Positions 49,431 through 60,191 are shown, numbered from the stretch's first letter. The stretch: DNA of 64,000 nucleotides from Candidatus Nomurabacteria bacterium (GCA_016699365.1 CP064973.1:301684-365683); one strand, 5' to 3'. The notes: a model not told the origin generated them from the sequence alone. Numbers and translations: made by a program.

Positions 49431-49901
49431 ATGCGAAGAAGACTAAAAAATAAAAAAATAGTAGAAGCAGACTTGGTTTACAACTCACCAAGACTAGCGA
49501 AATTTATAAACTACATCATGCTTGATGGTAAGAAGGAGACAGCTCGAGGTGTTGTTTATGGAGCTCTAGATATTATAAAAGAGAAGGCAGCTACAGAAAC
49601 TCCATTAGAAGTTTTTGATGCAGCTATTCGTAACGCTGGTCCTACAACAGAAGTTCGTTCACGCCGTATTGGTGGAGCAAACTATCAAGTTCCTCGTGAA
49701 GTTCGTCCAGAACGAAGACAATCTCTTGCTTTCCGATGGATAAAGGAAGCTGCTCGTGGTAAAAAAGGTGTCCCTATGGCTGCCTCATTAGCTGATGAAC
49801 TAATACTGGCTTCAAAGAATGAAGGTTCTGCTATCAAGAAACGTGATGATACTCACAAGATGGCTGAAGCAAACAAAGCGTTCGCTCACTTTGCTTGGTA
49901 A
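49431..49901 (+). CDS. rpsG: 30S ribosomal protein S7
   Basis: S7 family pattern; follows rpsL. Confidence 0.9.
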   Translation: MRRRLKNKKIVEADLVYNSPRLAKFINYIMLDGKKETARGVVYGALDIIKEKAATETPLEVFDAAIRNAGPTTEVRSRRIGGANYQVPREVRPERRQSLAFRWIKEAARGKKGVPMAASLADELILASKNEGSAIKKRDDTHKMAEANKAFAHFAW

Positions 49902-49907
49902 AAAAAA

Positions 49908-49931
49908 TAACCCCGAAAGGGGTATTTTTTT
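49908..49931 (+). terminator. Short hairpin (CCCC-GAAA-GGGG) plus T7; terminator or attenuator between rpsG and fusA
   Basis: GNRA-type tetraloop hairpin followed by a T run. Confidence 0.5.
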
Positions 49932-50052
49932 ACCACTAAAATTAGGTCTATTGGGTCTAGTAAAAATTTGCAAAAAATAACCTTGCGCTGTATAGTATGG
50001 GCATGACTTTGGAGGGTCTTTTTTTATTAACTCCACAAAACTATTAATATAT

Positions 50053-52203
50053 ATGGAACGAGATTACCCACTAGAAAAAGTTAGAAATTTTGGAATTATT
50101 GCACACATCGACGCTGGTAAAACAACTACCTCAGAGCGTGTTTTGTACTACACTGGTATGTCACACAAGATCGGTGAAGTTCACAACGGAGAAGCTACTA
50201 CAGACTGGATGGAACAAGAAAAAGAACGCGGTATCACTATCACTTCTGCTGCTATTACATGTTTTTGGACACCAACATATGCTCCAAATGATAAAGCTAA
50301 AAAACACCGTTTCAATATTATCGATACACCAGGACACATCGACTTCACTGTTGAGGTTAAGCGTTCACTTCGCGTACTAGACGGAGCGGTTGTTGTTTTT
50401 GATGGAGTTGCTGGAGTAGAACCTCAATCTGAGACAAACTGGCGCTATGCTGACGAAGCTAAGGTTCCACGTATTTGTTTCGTTAACAAACTAGACAGAA
50501 CAGGTGCTTCTTTTGAGCACTCATACAAAACTATTCTAGAACGTTTGAATAAAAATGCAGTTAGAATGCAAATTCCTATTGGTCTTGAAGATAAATTTGA
50601 AGGAATTGTAGATTTGCTTACTATGAAATCATTTCGTTCAGAAGGAGCGATGGGAGAAAAAATCATAGAAGGGGAAATACCTGCTGATATGATAGCTGAC
50701 GCAGAAAAATATCGCGCAGAATTGATTGAAAAGATAGTTGAACAAGATGATGCTTTGATGACTGAATATCTTGATGGAAAGATTCCAGATCTAGAAACTC
50801 TAAAAAAGACACTTCGCAAGGCTGTTATTGCTAACAATATTTTCCCAGTTTTTGCTGGTTCAGCTCTAAAAAACAAAGGTGTGCAATTGGTTTTGGATGC
50901 AGTTATTGATTATCTACCAGCGCCAACTGATATTCCTCCAATCCCAGGTATAAATCCTGATACAGAAGAGGCAGATATTCGCCCAGCTTCTGATGAAGCT
51001 CCATTTTCTGCGCTTGCTTTCAAAGTTGCAACTGACCCATTCGTTGGGCAAATAATATTCTTCCGTGTTTACTCAGGTTCACTTGCTGCTGGAAGTTATA
51101 TTTACAACCCTCGTACTAGAAACAAAGAGCGTATTGGACGCATACTTCGAATGCACGCAAACGAACGTGAAGAAGTGAAAAAGGTTTTTGCTGGAGAAAT
51201 CGCAGCAGCTGTTGGTCTTAAAGATACAAAGACTTCAGACACTCTATGTGATGAAGAAAAACCAATCATGCTTGAGCGTATTATTTTCCCAGAACCTGTT
51301 ATCTCTCTACGTATTGAGCCAAAAACAAAAGCTGACCAAGAAAAAATGGGTATGGCACTATCTCGACTTGCAGATGAAGACCCAACTTTCCGTGTATCTA
51401 CAGATCAAGAAACAGGTGAGACTATAATTGCTGGAATGGGAGAGCTACACTTGGATATTATCGTTGATCGTATGAAGAGAGAGTTCTCAGTTGAAGCAAA
51501 TGTTGGTAAGCCACAGGTTGCGTATCGTGAGACTATTACAGGTACTGCTGATGTAGAAGGAAAATACATCAAACAGTCTGGAGGACGCGGAAACTATGGT
51601 CACGTTCGAATCAAGGTTAAGCCTATGGACATGACTTTGTCTAAAGAAGATATTGCAGATCTACCAAAGAATACAAAACATGAAGATCACTTTGAGTTTA
51701 TAAACAACATTAAAGGAGGTGTTATTCCACAAGAATATATTCCTGCTTGTGAAAAAGGATTCAGAGAAGGTCTTGATCGTGGAATTCTTGCAGGTTTCAA
51801 AATGGTAGATGTATCAGTAGACCTATATGACGGTTCTTACCACGAAGTTGACTCAAACGAAATGGCTTTCAAGATTGCAGCATCTATGGCAATCCAAGAT
51901 GCAGCTCGTACAGCTAGACCGGTGATACTTGAGCCTATGATGAAAGTTGAAGTTGTAACTCCAGAAAAATTCATGGGAGATGTGACTGGTTCACTATCAG
52001 CAAAACGCGGACTCATCGAAGGTATGGAAGATAGGGGTATGAACAAAGCTGTTAAAGCTGTTGTACCACTATCTGAAATGTTCGGTTACATGACAAATTT
52101 GCGTTCTATGACTGAAGGTCGCGCAGGATTCACTATGGAATTCCTACGTTACGATATAGTCCCTCAAAACGTTGCAGATACTATTATTGCAGCAAGAAAA
52201 TAA
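50053..52203 (+). CDS. fusA: Elongation factor G
   Basis: AHIDAGKTT and DTPGHIDF; 716 aa. Confidence 0.9.
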   Translation: MERDYPLEKVRNFGIIAHIDAGKTTTSERVLYYTGMSHKIGEVHNGEATTDWMEQEKERGITITSAAITCFWTPTYAPNDKAKKHRFNIIDTPGHIDFTVEVKRSLRVLDGAVVVFDGVAGVEPQSETNWRYADEAKVPRICFVNKLDRTGASFEHSYKTILERLNKNAVRMQIPIGLEDKFEGIVDLLTMKSFRSEGAMGEKIIEGEIPADMIADAEKYRAELIEKIVEQDDALMTEYLDGKIPDLETLKKTLRKAVIANNIFPVFAGSALKNKGVQLVLDAVIDYLPAPTDIPPIPGINPDTEEADIRPASDEAPFSALAFKVATDPFVGQIIFFRVYSGSLAAGSYIYNPRTRNKERIGRILRMHANEREEVKKVFAGEIAAAVGLKDTKTSDTLCDEEKPIMLERIIFPEPVISLRIEPKTKADQEKMGMALSRLADEDPTFRVSTDQETGETIIAGMGELHLDIIVDRMKREFSVEANVGKPQVAYRETITGTADVEGKYIKQSGGRGNYGHVRIKVKPMDMTLSKEDIADLPKNTKHEDHFEFINNIKGGVIPQEYIPACEKGFREGLDRGILAGFKMVDVSVDLYDGSYHEVDSNEMAFKIAASMAIQDAARTARPVILEPMMKVEVVTPEKFMGDVTGSLSAKRGLIEGMEDRGMNKAVKAVVPLSEMFGYMTNLRSMTEGRAGFTMEFLRYDIVPQNVADTIIAARK

Positions 52204-52220
52204 AAAATCTTAAAAACAAA

Positions 52221-52250
52221 AACCCTCGCATAATCGCGAGGGTTTTTGTT
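52221..52250 (+). terminator. Rho-independent terminator (CCCTCGC-loop-GCGAGGG + T tract)
   Basis: 7-bp GC stem plus TTTTTGTTT. Confidence 0.7.
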
Positions 52251-52278
52251 TGACATTTTTATATTTTTTGTTATAATA
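52250..52278 (+). promoter_or_regulatory. Sigma70 promoter TTGACA-N17-TATAAT
   Basis: Perfect consensus hexamers ~24 nt upstream of the 52302 ATG. Confidence 0.55.
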
Positions 52279-52301
52279 CAAAAAAACAAAACCGAATATA
52301 A

Positions 52302-52856
52302 ATGAAAAGTTTAATACAGATGATCCGCGAAAGACATATATTAAGAAAATTATGGCTTTGGTTACTTTTGTTTCTGAGACCTTTTATTATGGCCACTCTC
52401 ATTACTTTTATATGGTATATATTTTTACCATATATTAAGCCGTACTATTTACTTACTGAGAATGATGAGATGATCGCTGCTCTCATAGGTATATTCGCCG
52501 GACTCTATGTCTTGCCGGTCGCGTTTATGCTAGACCGTGTAGGAAGTGAGTATGTGAAAATTATTGATGCCATAGACACTGACAATGAAGAGCAGTTTCG
52601 GAAATACTTTAGGACTAGTACAAATCCGATGACTCACGTCTTCATGTTTGTGATTTCTATGCACATCATGTATTTCTTTGCAGTCAGAAATTATTCTGAA
52701 TATAGCGATGGAATACAAGTTATTGCGCACCTGTCTTTTGTAGTTGCATTTGTATGGCAAACTGCAAATATAATCGATCAACCCAAAAACGCTCCATGGC
52801 TTGTTGGGAAGATCAAGAAAGAGTGGCTCAAGCCACAAAAAAATCAGAAAAAATAA
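52302..52856 (+). CDS. Hypothetical membrane protein (184 aa, at least 4 TM)
   Basis: Hydrophobic helices; own promoter and terminator. Confidence 0.55.
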   Translation: MKSLIQMIRERHILRKLWLWLLLFLRPFIMATLITFIWYIFLPYIKPYYLLTENDEMIAALIGIFAGLYVLPVAFMLDRVGSEYVKIIDAIDTDNEEQFRKYFRTSTNPMTHVFMFVISMHIMYFFAVRNYSEYSDGIQVIAHLSFVVAFVWQTANIIDQPKNAPWLVGKIKKEWLKPQKNQKK

Positions 52857-52861
52857 AAATT

Positions 52862-52892
52862 AAAACCCGTCCAAATGGACGGGTTTGTTTTA
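52862..52892. terminator. Bidirectional terminator (CCCGTCC-AAAT-GGACGGG)
   Basis: 7-bp stem between convergent genes. Confidence 0.65.
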
Positions 52893-53459
52893 TTTTATAA
52901 GCTTCATCGGAAGATATCCGGAGTTAATCCGAGTTTCCAAATTGGCTGCTTCAATTCTGCTGACTTTTTCCAGGGCGATTCGATATCCAGGGATTTCGAT
53001 TTTTAAAACATCGTCGATATCAAATTTGTCATCTATGTGAGACCGTGCACCAGCGGGAGCTTTTTGTCCATTTTTATAAAATGGATGTTTCAAGGCCTCT
53101 ACTTTTGCAACTTCTATAGATTCGGCCACGACCAATATTTTCTTGTGGTCTTCTTCAAATTCGTTTGGAGTATAGGCTCCAAAATTTATGAAGTATAAAT
53201 TCTTTTTAGCTTTTATCTTTTCGCCATTTCTCAAAGGGAAGGCGATAACTTTATAGCCATCTATACACTTCACTTCTTTCCACACGTCTACATGTAGAGT
53301 ATTTTTTTCTTCCGTTTGTGCCTCAGGCCAGAAAGCTATCATTTTTTCTTTTAGGTCTTCGAATTTATCTCCAACTCCAAAAAAGATATCATGTTGTTCA
53401 GTATTTCTACCTACTGGTTTGCAGCCAAGTAAAACCATAAAAAGCTTTTTCTTATCCAT
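52890..53459 (-). CDS. Hypothetical conserved cytoplasmic protein (189 aa)
   Basis: Clean ORF; no motif recognised with confidence. Confidence 0.55.
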   Translation of the reverse strand: MDKKKLFMVLLGCKPVGRNTEQHDIFFGVGDKFEDLKEKMIAFWPEAQTEEKNTLHVDVWKEVKCIDGYKVIAFPLRNGEKIKAKKNLYFINFGAYTPNEFEEDHKKILVVAESIEVAKVEALKHPFYKNGQKAPAGARSHIDDKFDIDDVLKIEIPGYRIALEKVSRIEAANLETRINSGYLPMKLIK

Positions 53460-53548
53460 ATTGTGAACTTTTTTGTATACATTAGTTTAAAATATCGCTC
53501 TTGTCAATATCTATTTTATATGGTATTTTAATTTTAAACAAATGTAAT

Positions 53549-53986
53549 ATGACCAGAAAAATAGAGGTATTTAAAAAACCTCCCAATTACCACAGATATA
53601 GCAAAGCAATTTCTACTGTGAATGCTTTGATAAGGCTTATAAAAGGCAAACAGCTGATGCTCGGCCGGGAGAATCTTAATAGATTGCAGTACTCTATCGA
53701 TTTCATGAAGAGTTCAAATGCTTCAAGCAAGAAGAAAGAGGAGATTGCCACTAAAAGCATTACTGCGAGTCTTGATCGAAACGTTGAGTATCTCGGAGTT
53801 ATTCAGATGTCGAACGTCCTCGATGAGGCTTTCAAAAAACGCGATAAAGAATTTGCGCTCAAGTTGATCCAGGACTTTATTGATTTTAAGAGGCCTGAGA
53901 TTCACGAGGTAGATAAAGACAATTTACTTTATATTTTAAAAGAGATTAGAGACGACCTCGAAATGAACCAACGTTTGAATAAGTGA
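53549..53986 (+). CDS. Hypothetical protein (145 aa from the first ATG)
   Basis: The track ORF begins at an alternative start at 53501; first ATG at 53549. Confidence 0.45.
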   Translation: MTRKIEVFKKPPNYHRYSKAISTVNALIRLIKGKQLMLGRENLNRLQYSIDFMKSSNASSKKKEEIATKSITASLDRNVEYLGVIQMSNVLDEAFKKRDKEFALKLIQDFIDFKRPEIHEVDKDNLLYILKEIRDDLEMNQRLNK

Positions 53987-54058
53987 CTTTTAAAACCCTA
54001 ATTAAGGGTTTTTATTTTTTCATTTGATATTCGTCTTTAAAGATGTAAACTATTAAAA

Positions 54059-54784
54059 ATGAACACAAATATGGAAAATAAAAAAGTATGTTTTATCACA
54101 GGTGCGACAGGGGAGATAGGTCAGTTTATAGTTGCCGAAGGAGTAAACAGAGGCTATAAGGTGGTTGCTTTTGGTAGAAATGAAGACAAGCTTCAAGCTC
54201 TCAAAAAAGAACATGGAGACAGTATTGATGTTATATCCCTAGATCTTGGTTCTAAAGCAAACATAGAAGAGGCTCTGAATACAATTTTTATTCGGATGCA
54301 CGAAATAGATTGCGTTATCAACTCTACTGGTAAATTTGCCTGGGATTATAAGTATCCAGGTGAAACTGTAGATGAGCAGAGATTGAGTGCCATAGAAGAC
54401 CTTGAAGAGCAGAACTACTTAGCACCGATGCGTTTTGTAGATGCTTTAAAAAAATGCTACCAAAGTCAAAATAAAGTTAAGATTTTGAATGTTTCATCTC
54501 ATGCTGCATCTTTCCCGTTGAAAGATTTGATCATCTGGCCAGAATGGGGGTATGTGTTTTCAAAACGCTCTTTTTCAAAGGTAACTATCAGTAGAGGGTT
54601 GGATAAAGACGAGAAGTTTAAATACTTGCTTATTGAGCCCAAAATCATCGATACACCCAAAATGCGAGCCGATTTTAACGATACTTCCGAGACTAGAAGG
54701 CCTCAAATAAAGGTAGATTGGGATAAAGATGCCCAAAAACCTGAGAATCTGGCTTCTGAGATGTTTGACATGCTCGGAAATTAA
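54059..54784 (+). CDS. Short-chain dehydrogenase/reductase (SDR) family oxidoreductase
   Basis: Rossmann motif KKVCFITGATGEIGQ. Confidence 0.65.
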   Translation: MNTNMENKKVCFITGATGEIGQFIVAEGVNRGYKVVAFGRNEDKLQALKKEHGDSIDVISLDLGSKANIEEALNTIFIRMHEIDCVINSTGKFAWDYKYPGETVDEQRLSAIEDLEEQNYLAPMRFVDALKKCYQSQNKVKILNVSSHAASFPLKDLIIWPEWGYVFSKRSFSKVTISRGLDKDEKFKYLLIEPKIIDTPKMRADFNDTSETRRPQIKVDWDKDAQKPENLASEMFDMLGN

Positions 54785-54785
54785 C

Positions 54786-54813
54786 AAAAAACCCTCCTAA
54801 TTGGAGGGTTTTA
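54786..54813 (+). terminator. Rho-independent terminator (CCCTCC-TAATT-GGAGGG)
   Basis: GC stem plus T run. Confidence 0.7.
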
Positions 54814-54824
54814 GCTTGTAAAAT

Positions 54825-54852
54825 TTGACAATATTTTCATATTTGCTAGTAT
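54825..54852 (+). promoter_or_regulatory. Sigma70 promoter TTGACA-N16-TAGTAT upstream of tuf, leaving a ~100-nt leader
   Basis: Consensus -35 hexamer and a good -10 hexamer. Confidence 0.5.
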
Positions 54853-54953
54853 ATAGACAACGCAATTTTGCGCTGTTTTTATTTGAACAGTATTATTAAT
54901 TTACATAATTTTACACATGAATAGCTCGTCTATTCCTCTGTGATCTCAAAAAT

Positions 54954-56150
54954 ATGGCAACAGAAGCATTCGATCGAAGTAAGCCTCACGTAAACGTGGG
55001 AACAATTGGTCACGTAGACCATGGAAAGACAACATTAACTGCGGCTATTCTGCATGTTCTTAACATGGCAGGAAACAAAGTTAAGATGAAAGATGTTAAT
55101 GCGATTGACTCCGCACCTGAAGAAAAGGCTCGTGGTATCACTATTAACCTTTCACACAACGAGTATGAAACTCCTACTCGTCACTACGCACACATTGATG
55201 CTCCAGGTCACGCTGACTACATCAAAAACATGATTACTGGTGCAGCTCAGATGGACGGTGCAATCCTAGTGGTTGCAGCTACTGATGGAGCTATGCCACA
55301 AACTCGTGAACACGTTCTTCTTGCAAAACAAGTTGGTGTTCCAAAAATTATCGTTTTCCTAAACAAGTGCGACATGGTTGACGACAAAGATCTTATCGAT
55401 CTAGTTGAAGAAGAAATCCGTGAAATCCTTACAAAACAAGGCTTTGATGGTGCAAACGCTCCTGTTATCCGTGGATCAGGTCTAAAAGCTCTTGAATCAA
55501 CTTCAATGGAAGATGAATGGGCAAAGAAAGTTCTTGAACTTACAGAAGCTCTAGATACATACATTCCAGTACCAGAACGCGATACAGCTAAGCCTTTCCT
55601 TATGGCAGTTGAAGATATCTTCTCTATCGAAGGACGTGGAACTGTTGCTACAGGTAAAATCGAGCGTGGAATCGTAAAGGTTGGTGAAGAAATTGAAATC
55701 GTTGGTATCAGAGATACAGCTAAAACAACTGTTACTGGTATTGAAATGTTCAACAAGAACCTAAACGAAGGTCAAGCTGGAGACAACGCTGGTATCCTAC
55801 TTCGCGGTACAAAGAAAGAAGATATTACTCGTGGACAAGTTCTAGCAAAGTCTGGATCTGTTACTCCTCATGATCAATTTGATTGTGAAGTTTATATCTT
55901 GAAAAAAGAAGAGGGAGGTCGTCACACACCATTTTTCAAAGGTTACAAACCACAATTCTATATCCGTACAACTGACGTTACTGGAGAGGTTACACTTCCA
56001 GAAGGAGTAGAAATGGTTATGCCTGGAGATACTATAACTTTCAAAGTTAAGCTTATTACTCCAGTTGCACTAGAAGAACAACAGCGTTTCGCTATCCGTG
56101 AAGGAGGTAAGACAGTTGGAGCTGGTGTTGTAACTAAAATTACTGCATAA
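54954..56150 (+). CDS. tuf: Elongation factor Tu
   Basis: [10 protein letters not shown] and DAPGHADY. Confidence 0.9.
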   Translation: MATEAFDRSKPHVNVGTIGHVDHGKTTLTAAILHVLNMAGNKVKMKDVNAIDSAPEEKARGITINLSHNEYETPTRHYAHIDAPGHADYIKNMITGAAQMDGAILVVAATDGAMPQTREHVLLAKQVGVPKIIVFLNKCDMVDDKDLIDLVEEEIREILTKQGFDGANAPVIRGSGLKALESTSMEDEWAKKVLELTEALDTYIPVPERDTAKPFLMAVEDIFSIEGRGTVATGKIERGIVKVGEEIEIVGIRDTAKTTVTGIEMFNKNLNEGQAGDNAGILLRGTKKEDITRGQVLAKSGSVTPHDQFDCEVYILKKEEGGRHTPFFKGYKPQFYIRTTDVTGEVTLPEGVEMVMPGDTITFKVKLITPVALEEQQRFAIREGGKTVGAGVVTKITA

Positions 56151-56187
56151 CAGAGAGATTATCGTGCGAAAGCACTAAAGTTCATTC

Positions 56188-56553
56188 ATGACAACAAAAA
56201 CAACAAAACCAAAAGCAACTCGCAAGAAGACAGTAAAGGATGATGCTAGTATTAAGCTTCGTATACGTGTACGTGCATACGAAAATAAAATTCTTGACGC
56301 TTCTGTCAAGCAAATTATAGACACAGCACTACGTTATGATGCTACAGTAGTAGGACCAATTCCACTTCCGACAGAAATCAAGAAATACACTGTCAATCGT
56401 GCTTCCTTTGTCTACAAAAATTCTCGTGAACAGTTTGAAATGCGTGTTCACAAGCGTGTTATCGATATTTTGAATCCAAATCAAAAGACGATAGAAGCTC
56501 TAACGAATTTAAGTCTTCCTTCTGGTGTTGATATTGATGTAAAGATGCTCTAA
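56188..56553 (+). CDS. rpsJ: 30S ribosomal protein S10 (with ~20-aa basic N-terminal extension)
   Basis: IRIRVRAYENKILD... Confidence 0.85.
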   Translation: MTTKTTKPKATRKKTVKDDASIKLRIRVRAYENKILDASVKQIIDTALRYDATVVGPIPLPTEIKKYTVNRASFVYKNSREQFEMRVHKRVIDILNPNQKTIEALTNLSLPSGVDIDVKML

Positions 56554-56647
56554 TAGGCGCGCATAATAAATGGCGCAAAGTAAAGCAGGGTGGCTACTAA
56601 AAAAGTATCCTCACTGTTTTCTTTGCCTTATCACTTAAATTACTAAT

Positions 56648-57262
56648 ATGAAATTTATTCTCGGAACAAAACAACATATGGCAAACTACTTTACCGAAGA
56701 TGGTAAGGTTGTTCCTGTGACTTTAGTTTCTACAGGTCCAATTGTTGTTACACAGGTTAAAGAAAAGGACAAAGATGGATACTCTGCTGTGCAGATTGGT
56801 TATGGTACTCAAAAGCCAGAACGTAAAACAAAGGCAGAAGTTGGACATACAAAAGATTTAGGATCTTTTAGATTCTTGCGTGAGTGGAGAATGGAAAATC
56901 CAACATTGAAACGTGGTGATACATTGAACTTGGATCAATTCGCTGTAGGCGACAATGTAAGTGTTAGTGGTATTACAAAAGGTAAAGGTTTTCAAGGTGT
57001 GGTTAAGCGCCATGGTTTCCATGGAGACAAGAGATCACACGGACGTAAGCACTCAGAACGTGCTCCAGGTTCTATTGGAGGAGGAGGACGTGCTGGAGGT
57101 CGCGTTATCAAAGGGATGCGCATGGCGGGAAGAATGGGAAGTGATTTTATCACTGTAGAGAATCTTACTGTTGTTGCTATTGATCCTGAAACAAATACTT
57201 TATTTATAAAAGGTGCCATACCTGGTCGTCGTGGTACGCTTGTTGAGGTAACTTCAAAATAA
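56648..57262 (+). CDS. rplC: 50S ribosomal protein L3
   Basis: L3 family pattern. Confidence 0.9.
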   Translation: MKFILGTKQHMANYFTEDGKVVPVTLVSTGPIVVTQVKEKDKDGYSAVQIGYGTQKPERKTKAEVGHTKDLGSFRFLREWRMENPTLKRGDTLNLDQFAVGDNVSVSGITKGKGFQGVVKRHGFHGDKRSHGRKHSERAPGSIGGGGRAGGRVIKGMRMAGRMGSDFITVENLTVVAIDPETNTLFIKGAIPGRRGTLVEVTSK

Positions 57263-57266
57263 TTTT

Positions 57267-58007
57267 ATGGCTACAACAAACAAAACAAAAAAATCTACAA
57301 AGAAAGTTCCTGGAACAGCTCCTAAGGCTAAAGCCGTTTCTTTGGATGCAGTTGTGTATGACCAAAAAGGTGTTGCTGGAGAAACAATTAAGCTTCCAGA
57401 AAATGTTTTTGGCGTAAAGTGGAACGGTGACATGGTTCACCAGGTAGTTACAAGTATTCTCGGAAACAAGCGTGCTGGTACTGCTGATACAAAAGATCGC
57501 GGAGAAGTTCGTGGTGGAGGTATCAAACCTTGGAAACAAAAGGGAACAGGACGATCTCGTCACGGTTCAAGTCGTTCACCAATATGGGTTGGTGGAGGTA
57601 CTACTCATGGTCCAATTTCAGAAAAGAACTACAAGAGAAAGATTAACAAGAAGATGAGAAACAAAGCTCTAGCTACTGTTCTTTCAGAAAAATGGAAGAG
57701 TGGTCAGGTATTGTTTGTATCTCCTTTAAAGATTGGTACTAAGACAAAAGAAGGTGCTTCTGTAATGAATGCTCTAAAATCTATTAGTGGTTTTGAAAAG
57801 ATTGGAGTAAACGGAAGAAGAAATACTGCAATTCTGTTCCCAGAAGTTGATAGTGTTTCACTTAGACCTTTCGGTAACATACCTGCTGTTAGATTGGAAT
57901 CTGTATTGGATATAAATCCAGCACAAGTTTTAAACTATAAATATCTTATTATCGTTGACCCAGAGACTTGTCTATCTGCACTTCTAAAACGCGTAACTTC
58001 AAAATAA
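57267..58007 (+). CDS. rplD: 50S ribosomal protein L4
   Basis: L4 family pattern; conserved order. Confidence 0.85.
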   Translation: MATTNKTKKSTKKVPGTAPKAKAVSLDAVVYDQKGVAGETIKLPENVFGVKWNGDMVHQVVTSILGNKRAGTADTKDRGEVRGGGIKPWKQKGTGRSRHGSSRSPIWVGGGTTHGPISEKNYKRKINKKMRNKALATVLSEKWKSGQVLFVSPLKIGTKTKEGASVMNALKSISGFEKIGVNGRRNTAILFPEVDSVSLRPFGNIPAVRLESVLDINPAQVLNYKYLIIVDPETCLSALLKRVTSK

Positions 58008-58011
58008 TTTT

Positions 58012-58311
58012 ATGGCTACAACAAACAAAACAAAAAAAGGAAAAGAGGGTATCATAAAAAGACCTCGCATAAGTGAAAAGGCGGCATTTGTATCTACAAA
58101 AAATGTCTACACTTTCGATGTTTCTCCAGATGCAACAAAGCCTGAAATAATAAAAAATATTGTGGCTAAGTATAAAGTTACACCTGTGAAAGTAGGTATA
58201 GTTACAATTAGAAAAAATAAGATTACTGTACGAGGTAAACGCGGTACAACAAGTGGTGGAAAGAAAGCCTATGTTTATCTTAAAAAAGGCGATAGTATAG
58301 AATTAATATAA
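58012..58311 (+). CDS. rplW: 50S ribosomal protein L23
   Basis: Size and conserved order. Confidence 0.8.
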   Translation: MATTNKTKKGKEGIIKRPRISEKAAFVSTKNVYTFDVSPDATKPEIIKNIVAKYKVTPVKVGIVTIRKNKITVRGKRGTTSGGKKAYVYLKKGDSIELI

Positions 58312-58333
58312 ATAGGAAAATAGTATCACTAAT

Positions 58334-59182
58334 ATGAAATCATATAAACCAACAACTCCATCACGCAGACATATGACAACGATCCCGTATCGCGAGTTGC
58401 TTTCTGGTGCAAAAAAACCAGAGAAGTCTCTTGTGTATGGACGTAAGCGCTCTGTTGGACGTAACAACCAAGGACGTATCACAACTCGCCACAAAGGAGG
58501 AGGACACAAGCGCCTTTTCAGAGAAGTAGATTTTCTTTACAACAAGTTTGATATTCCAGCCAAGATCACTTCAATTGAATATGATCCAAACAGAACAGCT
58601 TTTATTGCTCTTGCTGTATATAAAGATGGAGAAAAGAGATATGTTATTGCTCCAAAAAGCATGAAAGTAGGAGATACTTTCGTTGTATCTGAGAGTGCTC
58701 CTCTAACTACTGGAAATAGATTACCTTTGAGAAAAATCCCTGTTGGTACTTTTGTATACAACATAGAACTTAAGCCAAAAGGTGGTGCTAAAATTTCTCG
58801 TGGTGCAGGTGTTTTCACTCAAGTGGTTGCAAACTCAGATGGCCAAACACACCTAAAGATGCCTTCAAGTGAAATTCGTAAAGTTTCAGAAGAATGTTTC
58901 GCTTGTATTGGAGAAGTTTCAAACGGTGAACATGCTCTAGAGTCTATAGGTAAAGCAGGACGTAGTCGCTGGAAGGGTATTCGCCCAACAGTTCGCGGAT
59001 CTGTGATGAACCCAGTTGATCACCCATACGGAGGAGGAGAAGGACGCCAAGGACGCGGAACTCGCCGACCAAAGACTATGTGGGGTAAAGTTACAGGAGG
59101 ACGAAAAACTCGTACACCTAAAAAATACTCAAACCACCTTATCGTATCTCGTCGCAAGACAGGAAAAAATAGAAAAGGTTAA
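58334..59182 (+). CDS. rplB: 50S ribosomal protein L2
   Basis: L2 C-terminal motif GGGEGRQ.. Confidence 0.9.
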   Translation: MKSYKPTTPSRRHMTTIPYRELLSGAKKPEKSLVYGRKRSVGRNNQGRITTRHKGGGHKRLFREVDFLYNKFDIPAKITSIEYDPNRTAFIALAVYKDGEKRYVIAPKSMKVGDTFVVSESAPLTTGNRLPLRKIPVGTFVYNIELKPKGGAKISRGAGVFTQVVANSDGQTHLKMPSSEIRKVSEECFACIGEVSNGEHALESIGKAGRSRWKGIRPTVRGSVMNPVDHPYGGGEGRQGRGTRRPKTMWGKVTGGRKTRTPKKYSNHLIVSRRKTGKNRKG

Positions 59183-59185
59183 AAG

Positions 59186-59216
59186 AAAAGCCTCGCACTT
59201 GCGAGGCTTTTCTTTT
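59186..59216 (+). terminator. Rho-independent terminator (GCCTCGC-ACTT-GCGAGGC + T run)
   Basis: Perfect 7-bp GC stem right after rplB. Confidence 0.7.
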
Positions 59217-59252
59217 TTTCTTTTTGTGTTACTGTAAAACAAAACGAACACT

Positions 59253-59570
59253 ATGAGAATAATAATTGTCCGCGTAGAATTGCCCGAAGCAAAATTTAAT
59301 TATCTAAAGAATAAACTCATATCTTTAGGCCACTCTGTAGCCACTGTAGAGCTCAGGGAGGGTATGACCCATGAAGACTTGTCGAATGATTCAGTAATTA
59401 TTTTTGCCAACGACCCTCTGGTTTTAATACCAAAGGAATGCAATGATTTTATTGGCTGGGCTGCAAAAAAAGATGTTTCTTTTGTATATCTAAATCAATC
59501 AAAGATTCCAAACCAGAGCCTCATTCCTAACTTAGGAGGTGACATACAGAATCTTCAAGTTTTTGCATAA
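59253..59570 (+). CDS. Hypothetical 105-aa protein inserted between rplB and rpsS
   Basis: ORF with its own terminators on both sides; no ribosomal-protein similarity. Confidence 0.5.
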   Translation: MRIIIVRVELPEAKFNYLKNKLISLGHSVATVELREGMTHEDLSNDSVIIFANDPLVLIPKECNDFIGWAAKKDVSFVYLNQSKIPNQSLIPNLGGDIQNLQVFA

Positions 59571-59577
59571 TTATATT

Positions 59578-59607
59578 TAAATCCCTCGATAAAGGGGGAT
59601 TTTTTTG
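59578..59607 (+). terminator. Terminator-like hairpin (ATCCCTC-GATAAA-GGGGGAT + T7)
   Basis: Imperfect GC stem plus a long T run. Confidence 0.55.
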
Positions 59608-59678
59608 TGGGACATGTCTCTAAAATTGGTTTTTTTGAGCATGATCGCTGAATTTATGAATCTATAAAGAATCCTTAT

Positions 59679-59707
59679 TTGACAATAAATGTGCTGTCTG
59701 CTAGTAT
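59679..59707 (+). promoter_or_regulatory. Sigma70 promoter TTGACA-N17-TAGTAT, internal promoter for rpsS-rplE with a ~130-nt leader
   Basis: Consensus -35 hexamer and a good -10 hexamer. Confidence 0.5.
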
Positions 59708-59838
59708 AGTTTCGACGCTCGTAGAGAGCTATTTTAATTAGTAAATAGGCAAAAGGGACGAGGGAACGGGAATAAAGTACTTATTTTTTCTTGTAAAACT
59801 CAAATAATCCCTAATTCCTAATCACTTACCCCTAACAC

Positions 59839-60189
59839 ATGACACGATCACTTAAAAAAGGTCCATACGTTGACGAGAGACTCCTCAAAAAAATTGAGGG
59901 TAAAAATCCTATTGCTACAGGGGTTATTCGAACTTGGTCACGATCTTCTCAAATAAGTCCAGAAATGGTTGGTTTCAATTTTGGTGTACATAACGGTAAA
60001 AGTCACATAGAAGTGCTTGTTACAGAGGATATGGTGGGTCACAGATTAGGTGAATTTTCACCAACTCGTAAGTTTATTAGACATGGAGGTAAGATGCAAA
60101 AGGAACTTGAAGCAAAGCAGAAAGAGACAGAAATCGCTCAAGCTAAGGCTGCAAAGGCTACTTCAGATAGTAAGACAACTAAGAAATAA
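59839..60189 (+). CDS. rpsS: 30S ribosomal protein S19 (with Lys-rich C-terminal extension)
   Basis: [12 protein letters not shown]... Confidence 0.9.
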   Translation: MTRSLKKGPYVDERLLKKIEGKNPIATGVIRTWSRSSQISPEMVGFNFGVHNGKSHIEVLVTEDMVGHRLGEFSPTRKFIRHGGKMQKELEAKQKETEIAQAKAAKATSDSKTTKK

Positions 60190-60191
60190 TT

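Noticed and set aside
55247-55756. 169-aa minus-strand ORF inside tuf, and similar antisense ORFs inside fusA, rplC, rplD and the fibre genes
   Set aside because: They are antisense to highly conserved genes; typical shadow ORFs.
59205-59250. Possible third copy of the structured element after the rplB terminator (GTTACTGTAAAACAAAACGAACAC)
   Set aside because: It shares only a short, AT-rich similarity with the 5' palindrome/CAAAAAC block and none of the other conserved blocks; likely chance.
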